Notes under the pieces: generated by a model | Told to the model about the DNA's origin: nothing | Seen by the model: only the letters and a program-made list of their open reading frames with translations | Database searches by the model: none | Shown here: positions 19,141-26,479 of the stretch, in pieces | Position numbering within the stretch: position 1 is the first letter of the stretch | Layout of the letters: each line of letters opens with the position of its first letter | Origin: Cyclobacteriaceae bacterium | GTDB lineage: Bacteria > Bacteroidota > Bacteroidia > Cytophagales > Cyclobacteriaceae | Reading direction: 5' to 3' | Assembly (NCBI GenBank): GCA_026129485.1 | Contig: JAHCHY010000014.1 | Span: 15,445-79,444, forward strand | Length of the DNA: 64,000 nucleotides | Position numbers and translations under genes: made by a program

Positions 19141-19602
19141 TTACTCTTTCGCTCTTGTATATATATACCTTGTAGGTGTTGTTATTATAGGCAGAAATTG
19201 TCCTGTTTCTTCATCATACGGAATTTCCCAAGCATCATAATAATAAACTAATTGGTCATTTGAAGTCAGGTTAATCCCCTCATTTGAGTCAATAATATTT
19301 CCGTCTTTAAGAATATATTCTCCATTATATTGACTCCATTTTTCATGACTCACTACGGATTTACAAATCATTTTAGTAGAATCAAAATAATAAGTAGTGC
19401 GAATAAGTTTACCGAAATCGGACATAGTCGCGGTAATGATAATTTCTGACTGACTTGTACAAGCGTTAAGTTGTGCAGATAGGCCATTTACCTTTATCTC
19501 TGTCAATATCCAATGTCCCTCTATTGGGTTATGTTCTTCATTATTAATACAAGATGCTATTATTAACAAAGGCAGTAGAAATATTATAAATTTCTTTTTC
19601 AT
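19141..19602 (-). CDS. Lipocalin-like lipoprotein, AT-rich
   Basis: Lipobox IASC and an IEGHWILTE motif typical of bacterial lipocalin-like domains. Confidence 0.7.
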   Translation of the reverse strand: MKKKFIIFLLPLLIIASCINNEEHNPIEGHWILTEIKVNGLSAQLNACTSQSEIIITATMSDFGKLIRTTYYFDSTKMICKSVVSHEKWSQYNGEYILKDGNIIDSNEGINLTSNDQLVYYYDAWEIPYDEETGQFLPIITTPTRYIYTRAKE

Positions 19603-19614
19603 AATTACTCAATG

Positions 19615-19690
19615 TTTCACTTCCACGCAGGGTCTGCGGAGCGACCCTGCGTTAGTTCGCATGCATTGTATGCAAGACCCTGCTGTGAAA
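19615..19690. repeat. 76-bp REP/MITE-like palindromic element (partial second copy at 21038-21075)
   Basis: TTTCAC..GTGAAA termini, GCAGGGTCT/AGACCCTGC arms and an inner perfect stem ACGCAGGGTC/GACCCTGCGT. The first 39 nt recur at 21038 with 36 matches. Confidence 0.75.
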
Positions 19691-19701
19691 GAGTCTACTC
19701 G

Positions 19702-20909
19702 ATTGTGGCCCGTACTTTTAGTCCCTACTTTTCTCATTACGACTTAATAACTGAACTGTAATTTGTCCACTGTCCATGTGAATTGATAACATGAAGTGAT
19801 TCACAACATTTTTGTTGTTTCTTAAGGCCGGTGTCCAATTGGGCAATTTTTTAATAGCCTTCAATGACTGGTCATGAAAAATTTGATTGTCTGGGAAACT
19901 TGTAAGAGAAGGTCCACTTGGGTCCTCTGTGATTTTAAACTTTCCTGTTTCATCAATCATTATTATAAACATACTTGACCTTAGTTTTTGAGAAGCAATG
20001 TAAGCCTTTGATAATTTGATGTTTTTACGAATCGTACTTGTTAAAGAATCAATTCCACCTGGAAATTCTGCAAGCTTGTCAAGTGGGAATACAGATGAGT
20101 CAACTTTGGGGAGAAATTTAAGATAAGGGTACGCTTCTATTGAGGCGTATTTAGATGCTGACCATTTCTCAAGCTTTTCAAATTTTTTTGTCTCCGGAAG
20201 TATATTCATTGTCGGCCGGCCAATATCTTGAATGCTACCACCACCCCAATAGTATTTACCTCTTATGAATTTGCCATTGTCGTATTCCTCAACACACTCG
20301 AGCTTTTGTTCATGAGTAATACCCGGAATTAAACTTTTTCTATAAGACTTCCATGTCCCATGTCGTAATGTGTCCTTGTACTGCCCGGTTACATTAATTA
20401 TCTCTCTTACTAAATCATTGTAGTATTCAGTTTTCCATTCACCTGTTCCGTTAGTCATTTTTGGGCTTCCGTCTTCTTCATAGTACTCAAGAGCACAAAT
20501 GAAATCTCCATTAAATAATATTTTGTCTTTAATACTCCCATTATCATAATAATTAGTCCATATGCCATGCCTGATATTATTTTCGTATAATCCCTTTGTC
20601 ATTAGGGTTCCATTTGGATAATAGAAATAAAAGGTGTCTACTTTTATATTGGCATTGAACTCACCTTTCATTTGGAGTTTCCCATTCATATAATAGTCTT
20701 TCACTTCTCCATAGTACTGATATTTGTCCGTGGTAATGATTCCTGTTCGATAATATTGTGCGAAATTCTTAGTCGTCAATAGCCACGTGCTGTCGTGATA
20801 TGTAATGGCAATTTTTTGTGAGTAAGTCGTCCCCAAAGTAGTCAAAAGAAGTGCTGTAAGTATAACTTTAGTCATTAGTCAAATTTTCATTAAAAGTATG
20901 CGCCACAAC
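19702..20909 (-). mobile_element. Integron-cassette-like unit (attC-like complementary ends) carrying the MORN/TonB_C gene
   Basis: On the minus strand, the 5' end GTTGTGGCGCATACTTTT (20909-20892) is complementary at 15/18 positions to AAAAGTACGGGCCACAAT (19719-19702), which starts within the stop codon. Confidence 0.5.
19718..20875 (-). CDS. Exported MORN-variant/YwqK-like repeat protein with a TonB C-terminal domain, AT-rich
   Basis: Signal peptide, YY.NG.L..KG.Y repeats, and a C-terminal AEFPGG..IDETG..W.PA..N TonB_C-like domain. Confidence 0.72.
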   Translation of the reverse strand: MTKVILTALLLTTLGTTYSQKIAITYHDSTWLLTTKNFAQYYRTGIITTDKYQYYGEVKDYYMNGKLQMKGEFNANIKVDTFYFYYPNGTLMTKGLYENNIRHGIWTNYYDNGSIKDKILFNGDFICALEYYEEDGSPKMTNGTGEWKTEYYNDLVREIINVTGQYKDTLRHGTWKSYRKSLIPGITHEQKLECVEEYDNGKFIRGKYYWGGGSIQDIGRPTMNILPETKKFEKLEKWSASKYASIEAYPYLKFLPKVDSSVFPLDKLAEFPGGIDSLTSTIRKNIKLSKAYIASQKLRSSMFIIMIDETGKFKITEDPSGPSLTSFPDNQIFHDQSLKAIKKLPNWTPALRNNKNVVNHFMLSIHMDSGQITVQLLSRNEKSRD

Positions 20910-21037
20910 GTCTGGCTATATCCACCTTGTGGCACGTATTTTACCATTGCCTGCTGAGGCAGGTGCATATAGCTGTCTTTAAAGGTAAGTATTATGCACC
21001 TGATCTCAAATTTCTAAAAAATCAAGTGGACTCGAAA

Positions 21038-21075
21038 TTCACTTCCACGCAAGGTCTGCGGAGCGGCCTGCGTTA
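21038..21075. repeat. Second, partial copy of the REP-like hairpin
   Basis: TTCACTTCCACGCAAGGTCTGCGGAGCGGCCTGCGTTA, a direct repeat of 19616-19654. Confidence 0.75.
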
Positions 21076-21126
21076 TCCTCAACTCTCCCGGTTTTTTCAA
21101 AAGAGTTTTTTATTACCTTTAAAAGA

Positions 21127-22242
21127 ATGAAATCGCTATACCTATTATTCATGGGCCTGCTTCTGGCGGCCTGCTCAACAAAAGAAAACAAAACGGATAT
21201 GAGCGCCTCTTCCGGTTGGAGCATTTACCCTCCATTGCATACCCTGGTAGATACGTTAACAAATCAGAACGGCCTGAAAGTAACCATAATGCCTTATGGA
21301 GGTAAGGCGGTCAGCCTTTGGGTTCCGGATCGAAATGGAAATATGGCTGATATTGTGCTTGGTTATGACTCGGCCACTCAATATATAACAGGCAATCCGT
21401 ATTTCGGAGCGCTGATTGGCCGGTATGGAAATCGGATTGGAAAAGGTCAGTTCTCTTTGGATGGTAAAACATATCAACTGGCCACTAACAACGGAGCTAA
21501 TGCGCTGCACGGTGGCCCGGGTGGATTTCATAATGTCATGTGGAGTGTTGAGCGCGCGACCTCTAACAGTATCGTGCTAACCTATACCAGCTCGGACGGT
21601 GAAGAAGGCTATCCCGGTACACTCCAGGTTAAAGTTGTTTACACGCTAACGGATAATAACGAGCTTACAATCGATTATGAGGCCACCACGGATAAAGCCA
21701 CTGTTGTAAACCTTACCCATCACTCCTTCTTTAACCTGGCCGGTGAAGGTGCAGGCGATATCCTGGATCATGAATTACAGATTAATGCCGACCGGTTTAC
21801 CCCGGTAGATGAAGGTCTTATTCCTACTGGCGAACTGAAGCCGGTTGCCGGCACGCCATTCGATTTCAGCAAGCCGACAGCTATTGGTATGCGGATTAAT
21901 GACGATGATGTGCAACTGCAATACGGAAAAGGATATGATCACAACTGGGTGCTCAATCGTAAAGGAGATGGATTAGAGCTGGCAGCCGTTGTTACAGAGC
22001 CTGCATCGGGTCGCGTAATGGAAGTATGGACAACCGAACCCGGTCTCCAGTTTTACTCCGGTAATTTCCTGGATGGAAGCGATGAAGGAAAAGACAGGAA
22101 GAAGTACCCGTTACGTTCTGCGTTTTGCTTAGAGGCACAGCACTTCCCCGATTCCCCCAACAAACCGGAATTTCCATCTACAACATTGAAACCCGGTGAA
22201 GTATATAAACAGAAAACAGTGTACAAGTTTCTGACGCGGTAA
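21127..22242 (+). CDS. galM: Aldose 1-epimerase (galactose mutarotase), lipoprotein
   Basis: Motifs GALIGRYGNRI, LHGG, NLTHHSFFNL, YDHNW, FCLEAQHFPDSPN. Lipobox LAAC. Confidence 0.95.
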   Translation: MKSLYLLFMGLLLAACSTKENKTDMSASSGWSIYPPLHTLVDTLTNQNGLKVTIMPYGGKAVSLWVPDRNGNMADIVLGYDSATQYITGNPYFGALIGRYGNRIGKGQFSLDGKTYQLATNNGANALHGGPGGFHNVMWSVERATSNSIVLTYTSSDGEEGYPGTLQVKVVYTLTDNNELTIDYEATTDKATVVNLTHHSFFNLAGEGAGDILDHELQINADRFTPVDEGLIPTGELKPVAGTPFDFSKPTAIGMRINDDDVQLQYGKGYDHNWVLNRKGDGLELAAVVTEPASGRVMEVWTTEPGLQFYSGNFLDGSDEGKDRKKYPLRSAFCLEAQHFPDSPNKPEFPSTTLKPGEVYKQKTVYKFLTR

Positions 22243-22261
22243 TTCTTTATAATAACTGGAA

Positions 22262-22371
22262 TACGCAAAAACACTAAGCTGTCAGTTTGAGCCTGTCGAA
22301 AACTATTTAATTCAGAACCAAAAAAGACTTCGACAAGCTCTGTCTGACATTCGAGGTCGTGTTTTTGCGTA
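22262..22371. repeat. REPIN-like element: two inverted REP copies inside a perfect 13-bp outer inverted repeat
   Basis: TACGCAAAAACAC..GTGTTTTTGCGTA encloses TGTCAGTTTGAGCCTGTCGAA and TTCGACAAGCTCTGTCTGACA. Confidence 0.75.
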
Positions 22372-22408
22372 ACTCCAGATGATGTAACCTGATCCTGGTT
22401 AACAACAG

Positions 22409-22450
22409 TTGAAGTGAAACGCAAGCCTTGCGTTCACTTCAATTTTTTTT
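22409..22450 (+). terminator. Intrinsic terminator between galM and the nos promoter
   Basis: TTGAAGTGAA(A)CGCAA/TTGCGTTCACTTCAA stem followed by a run of T. Confidence 0.7.
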
Positions 22451-22474
22451 CTGCCATTCAAACGATTTTTCTGC

Positions 22475-22496
22475 GTTTATGATCAGGATCATAAAC
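22475..22496. promoter_or_regulatory. Crp/Fnr-type binding site
   Basis: Perfect palindrome GTTTATGATC-AG-GATCATAAAC containing TGAT-N4-ATCA, upstream of the Crp/Fnr gene and nos operon. Confidence 0.8.
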
Positions 22497-22693
22497 GAAA
22501 AATAAGACAGTCATAATATTTGGTGGTCAATGCTATGAAAAAGAATAGCGTACCATCAAGCCTCACGGAATACAATTCCATCTGGAATCCTTTTTTAGGG
22601 GCATTCTTAAGGGAAGTCATGTTTCCTGCTGATGAAAATCATTTTTTGCCGCTCCCCTCAAGGGTAGGTTTGATTAAGAAAATCTACCCGCTC

Positions 22694-23311
22694 ATGATTG
22701 ATCCATTAGTTTTACAGCGTTACGGTGCAAAGGAAATCAACCTTCAGAAAGACGAAGTGCTTTTCCGCGAAGGCGAAGAAGCATTGAACTATTTCCAGGT
22801 GCGCTGTGGCGCCATTAAAATGATCACGAGTAGCCCGGATGGCCAGGAGCTTATCCAGGGAGTATTCAAAAGCAATGACAGTTTTGGCGAGCCGCCTTTA
22901 CTTTGCTCGTTCCCTTATCCGAGCCATGCCATCGCATTAGAGCCAACGGTTGTAATCAAGCTGTCGAAAGAAAAGTTTCTTACGCTGCTGCGCGAAAACT
23001 TTGAGATACACCTTCAACTGGATAAGGTGTTGTGTCAGCGCCTTCGCTACAAATCCATGATACTCTCTGAAATATCATTTTATGATCCGGAGCACCGCAT
23101 CATGAGCTTGCTGCAATACTTAAAAGAGGATGCAGCCAAAAACAGGAAGGAAGCAGGAGCGATTCAGCAGGAGCATACATACGAGGTGCCCTTTACCCGC
23201 CAGCAGTTAGCAGACATGAGCGGCTTAAGGGTAGAAACGGTAATCCGCACGGTGAAGAGAATGGAAGAAGAAAGGAAAGTAAAGCTGGTTGGAAGAAAAA
23301 TCACACTCTAA
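22694..23311 (+). CDS. Crp/Fnr-family transcriptional regulator
   Basis: cNMP-binding-like domain (LFREGE..G.IK..SFGE) and the HTH TRQQLADMSGLRVETVIR. Likely start MIDP at 22694; the frame is open from 22520/22535. Confidence 0.92.
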   Translation: MIDPLVLQRYGAKEINLQKDEVLFREGEEALNYFQVRCGAIKMITSSPDGQELIQGVFKSNDSFGEPPLLCSFPYPSHAIALEPTVVIKLSKEKFLTLLRENFEIHLQLDKVLCQRLRYKSMILSEISFYDPEHRIMSLLQYLKEDAAKNRKEAGAIQQEHTYEVPFTRQQLADMSGLRVETVIRTVKRMEEERKVKLVGRKITL

Positions 23312-23326
23312 ATAAAATTACCTACT

Positions 23327-23797
23327 ATGACTACAGCGAAATACCTGATTGGAGCAAGCGTGGCAGCGCTCATGCTTGCCTGCGCACCAGACAAGCCTGC
23401 AAGCATTACAGAAAAGCCCGACCTGAATAAAAGTGCCGTGGAGGCTATTACCGATCCTACAAAAGGAATAGGGGCTGTGAAAAAAGTAACCCTTAATACT
23501 CCCCTCGAACAGGATCGCATCAAGCGGGGGCTGGCTATTTATGAAATGAAATGTTTGTCCTGCCACAAGCTGGATGAAACGCGGATTGTAGGCCCGGGCT
23601 GGAAAAATATTACCAAGAACCGGAAGCCGGAGTGGATCATGAACATGATCACCAATGTGGATGTGATGCTGGATCAGGATCCGGAAGCGCAGAAGCTGCT
23701 TGAGCTTTGCCTGATGCGGATGCCGAATCAGAACGTGTCGATCGGAGATGCCCGCGATATACTTGAATTCATGCGCCAGAACGATGGCGAGAAATAG
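23327..23797 (+). CDS. Monoheme cytochrome c lipoprotein (nos-associated)
   Basis: Lipobox MLAC, heme motif CLSCH, distal Met in MRMPNQ. Confidence 0.9.
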   Translation: MTTAKYLIGASVAALMLACAPDKPASITEKPDLNKSAVEAITDPTKGIGAVKKVTLNTPLEQDRIKRGLAIYEMKCLSCHKLDETRIVGPGWKNITKNRKPEWIMNMITNVDVMLDQDPEAQKLLELCLMRMPNQNVSIGDARDILEFMRQNDGEK

Positions 23798-23818
23798 ACA
23801 GACTTAAACTATGCAGCT

Positions 23819-24364
23819 ATGAAAAAATATATTTTAATTCTTGCCGTGTTTGCCTTCGCCTGCGGCCAGCAAACAGCCACTACCGAAACAGCATCTGTTG
23901 CCGAGGCCCCGGCAGGCGGGCAATCCAATGTAAAAGATGATGACTCACAACAGGATGTTGTAAAGATTGCTGTCAGCTCGCCCGATCATACCACATTGGT
24001 TGCTGCCCTTAAAGCGGCTGAATATGTGGATGCGCTTTCCAATGCAGGCCCGTTTACGGTATTCGCGCCAACCAATGCTGCCTTTGATAAGCTCCCTGCC
24101 GGTACAGTAGAAACACTAACCAAACCAGCGAACAAAGAACAGTTGCGCACCATCCTCGAATATCATGTTTATGTAGGTGTGCTTACTGAAAATATGATCC
24201 GGGATGGTATGACGCTTAACCAGGTAAGCTTGGATAATGTAACCCTCAGCAAGAAAGACGGGAAGATCACCATTAACGGGGCCAATGTGCTGGGCTCAGC
24301 CCGTGGCTCGAATGGGATTGTCTATATAATCGACACCGTATTGCTGCCTCCCGACAAGAAATAA
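23819..24364 (+). CDS. Fasciclin (FAS1) domain lipoprotein
   Basis: Lipobox AFAC. Motifs GPFTVFAPTNAAF, ILEYHV, NGIVYIID.VLLP. Confidence 0.92.
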   Translation: MKKYILILAVFAFACGQQTATTETASVAEAPAGGQSNVKDDDSQQDVVKIAVSSPDHTTLVAALKAAEYVDALSNAGPFTVFAPTNAAFDKLPAGTVETLTKPANKEQLRTILEYHVYVGVLTENMIRDGMTLNQVSLDNVTLSKKDGKITINGANVLGSARGSNGIVYIIDTVLLPPDKK

Positions 24365-24388
24365 TCTCAACACTTTAATATTAACACT

Positions 24389-26383
24389 ATGAAAACTAAA
24401 ATAATATATCGCACGCTTACGGCATTGGTTGTACTGGCCACTGTGGTAGTGTGGCAAGGTTGCAAGCCAAAGGCCCCGGCCAGTATTTCAATGGGCGATG
24501 CCGCATCAAAGGCTTATGTGCCTCCCGGAAAATATGACGAGTTCTACAATGTAGTATCAGGCGGGTTCAACGGCCAGATGAGCATTTACGGGCTTCCGTC
24601 CGGAAGACTGTTCCGCATCATCCCGGTTTTCTCGCAGTTCCCGGAAAGCGGTTGGGGCTATAGCGAAGAAACCATACCCATGCTCAATACCTCGCATGGA
24701 TTTGTACCCTGGGACGATCTGCACCACATTGCATTATCCACTACCAAAGGCGAGCACGATGGCCGGTGGGCATTCGGCAATGCCAACAACACACCACGTG
24801 TGGCACGGGTGGATATGAAGACCTTTAAAACAGTAGAAATACTGGAGCTGCCCAATAGCGGTGGCAATCACTCATCACCCTTTATTACCGAAAATACAGA
24901 GTATGTAGTAGCGGGTACACGCTTTAGCGTGCCGGTAGGCGATAAAACCGATGTTCCGATCAGCTCGTTCAAGGAAAACTTCAAAGGTTACATTAGCTTT
25001 ATTTCGGTTGATCCTGCTGATGGCAAAATGAAGATTGCATTTCAGTTGAAAACTCCGGGTGTAAGCTTTGACCTTGCCCGCGCGGGTAAAGGAAAATCGC
25101 ACGGCTGGTTCTTTTTCTCTACCTACAATACCGAACAGGCCTATACACTTTTGGAAGTAAACGCTTCGCAAAAGGATAAAGACTTTATTATGGCGGTAAA
25201 CTGGAAAAAAGCGGAAGAATACATCAGGGCAGGAAAAGGCCAGATCACAAAAGCCAAATACGCCCACAATGTTTGGGATGAACATACACACACCGGTGTA
25301 TCTAATATTATGAATGAAGTGTTGCAGTTAGATCCTGCCGAGCTGAAAGACATTATTTATTTTATCCCTTGTCCTAAATCACCGCATGGCTGCGATACCG
25401 ACCCGACAGGCGAATACATTGTGGGTAGTGGTAAGCTGGCTGCCCTGATTCCTGTTTTCTCGTTCACAAAAATACAACAGGCTATTGCCAATAAAGATTT
25501 TGAGGGAGAGTTTGCCGGTATTCCGGTTATCAAATACGAAGCCGCTTTACATGGCGAAGTGAAGAAGCCCGGCCTGGGCCCGTTGCATACCGAGTTTGAT
25601 GCGAATGGCAATGCCTATACTTCTTTCTTCGTATCCTCCGAAATTGTGAAGTGGAATGTGCAATCGCTGGAAGTGCTGGATCGTGTGCCTACCTATTACT
25701 CAATCGGGCACCTGTCGGTACCGGGAGGCCCCACTACAAAACCGTACGGTAAATATGTAGTAGCGTACAACAAGATTACCAAAGACCGCTACCTGCCTAC
25801 AGGCCCTGAGCTGACACAATCCGCGCAGTTGTATGATATATCAGGCGACAAGATGAAGCTGATTCTTGACTTCCCGACAACCGGGGAGCCGCACTATGCC
25901 GAATCGATACCGGCTGAATTAGTGATGCCAAACTCAACCAAGATTTACAAGCTGGAGGAAAACAAACATCCTTATGCTGCATTGGGTGAAGGCCAGGCGC
26001 GGGTTGAGCGTAAAGGAAACCAGGTGCATGTGTATATGACGGCCATCCGCTCGCACCTTACTCCAGACAATATTGAAGGTGTAAAGTTAGGCGATGAAGT
26101 ATATTTCCACGTTACCAACCTCGAACAGGATTGGGATGTGCCGCATGGCTTTGCTGTAAAAGGAGCAAACAATGCGGAGATTTTGGTTATGCCGGGTGAA
26201 ACCACTACCCTTAAATGGAAGCCGCTTTCCATAGGTGTATTCCCTTTCTATTGCACAGACTTTTGCTCGGCATTGCACCAGGAAATGCAAGGGTATATCC
26301 GCGTATCGCCTGCGGGCAGCAATGTTCCTTTAAAATTTTCAACCGGTAAAATCGAAGATCAGGCCAGTGGGGCTGGTCTGTAG
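24389..26383 (+). CDS. nosZ: Sec-dependent (clade II) nitrous-oxide reductase
   Basis: All seven CuZ His motifs are present (DLHH, GNH, PHG, LHT, IGH, EPH), as is the CuA site H..C-TDF-C-SAL-H-QE-M. No twin-Arg motif. Confidence 0.97.
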   Translation: MKTKIIYRTLTALVVLATVVVWQGCKPKAPASISMGDAASKAYVPPGKYDEFYNVVSGGFNGQMSIYGLPSGRLFRIIPVFSQFPESGWGYSEETIPMLNTSHGFVPWDDLHHIALSTTKGEHDGRWAFGNANNTPRVARVDMKTFKTVEILELPNSGGNHSSPFITENTEYVVAGTRFSVPVGDKTDVPISSFKENFKGYISFISVDPADGKMKIAFQLKTPGVSFDLARAGKGKSHGWFFFSTYNTEQAYTLLEVNASQKDKDFIMAVNWKKAEEYIRAGKGQITKAKYAHNVWDEHTHTGVSNIMNEVLQLDPAELKDIIYFIPCPKSPHGCDTDPTGEYIVGSGKLAALIPVFSFTKIQQAIANKDFEGEFAGIPVIKYEAALHGEVKKPGLGPLHTEFDANGNAYTSFFVSSEIVKWNVQSLEVLDRVPTYYSIGHLSVPGGPTTKPYGKYVVAYNKITKDRYLPTGPELTQSAQLYDISGDKMKLILDFPTTGEPHYAESIPAELVMPNSTKIYKLEENKHPYAALGEGQARVERKGNQVHVYMTAIRSHLTPDNIEGVKLGDEVYFHVTNLEQDWDVPHGFAVKGANNAEILVMPGETTTLKWKPLSIGVFPFYCTDFCSALHQEMQGYIRVSPAGSNVPLKFSTGKIEDQASGAGL

Positions 26384-26430
26384 ATCTCATCTGTATAGGT
26401 GAGTTTGTATTCATAGTTTCCGGGTTGAAA

Positions 26431-26461
26431 AACCCCGCTCCGCGTAAGCGGATGCGGGGTT
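26431..26461 (+). promoter_or_regulatory. GC-rich intercistronic stem-loop after nosZ
   Basis: AACCCCGC-TCCGC-GTAA-GCGGA-T-GCGGGGTT with only a weak T tail. Confidence 0.6.
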
Positions 26462-26479
26462 CTCTAAAAAAGATTTGAA

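Noticed and set aside
18940-21100. attL/attR duplication of the tRNA-Cys 3' end
   Set aside because: Only a 6-nt match (CTCGGA near 18997) was found, which is not significant.
20927-21224. ORFs 20927-21130 (+) and 21039-21224 (-)
   Set aside because: They run through the palindromic elements and overlap galM; the composition is not protein-like.
22520-22693. 58-aa N-terminal extension of the Crp/Fnr regulator
   Set aside because: The family typically starts at MID. The extension has no recognisable motif, and the track's start codon at 22520 overlaps the predicted -7 element. A start at ATG 22535 cannot be excluded.
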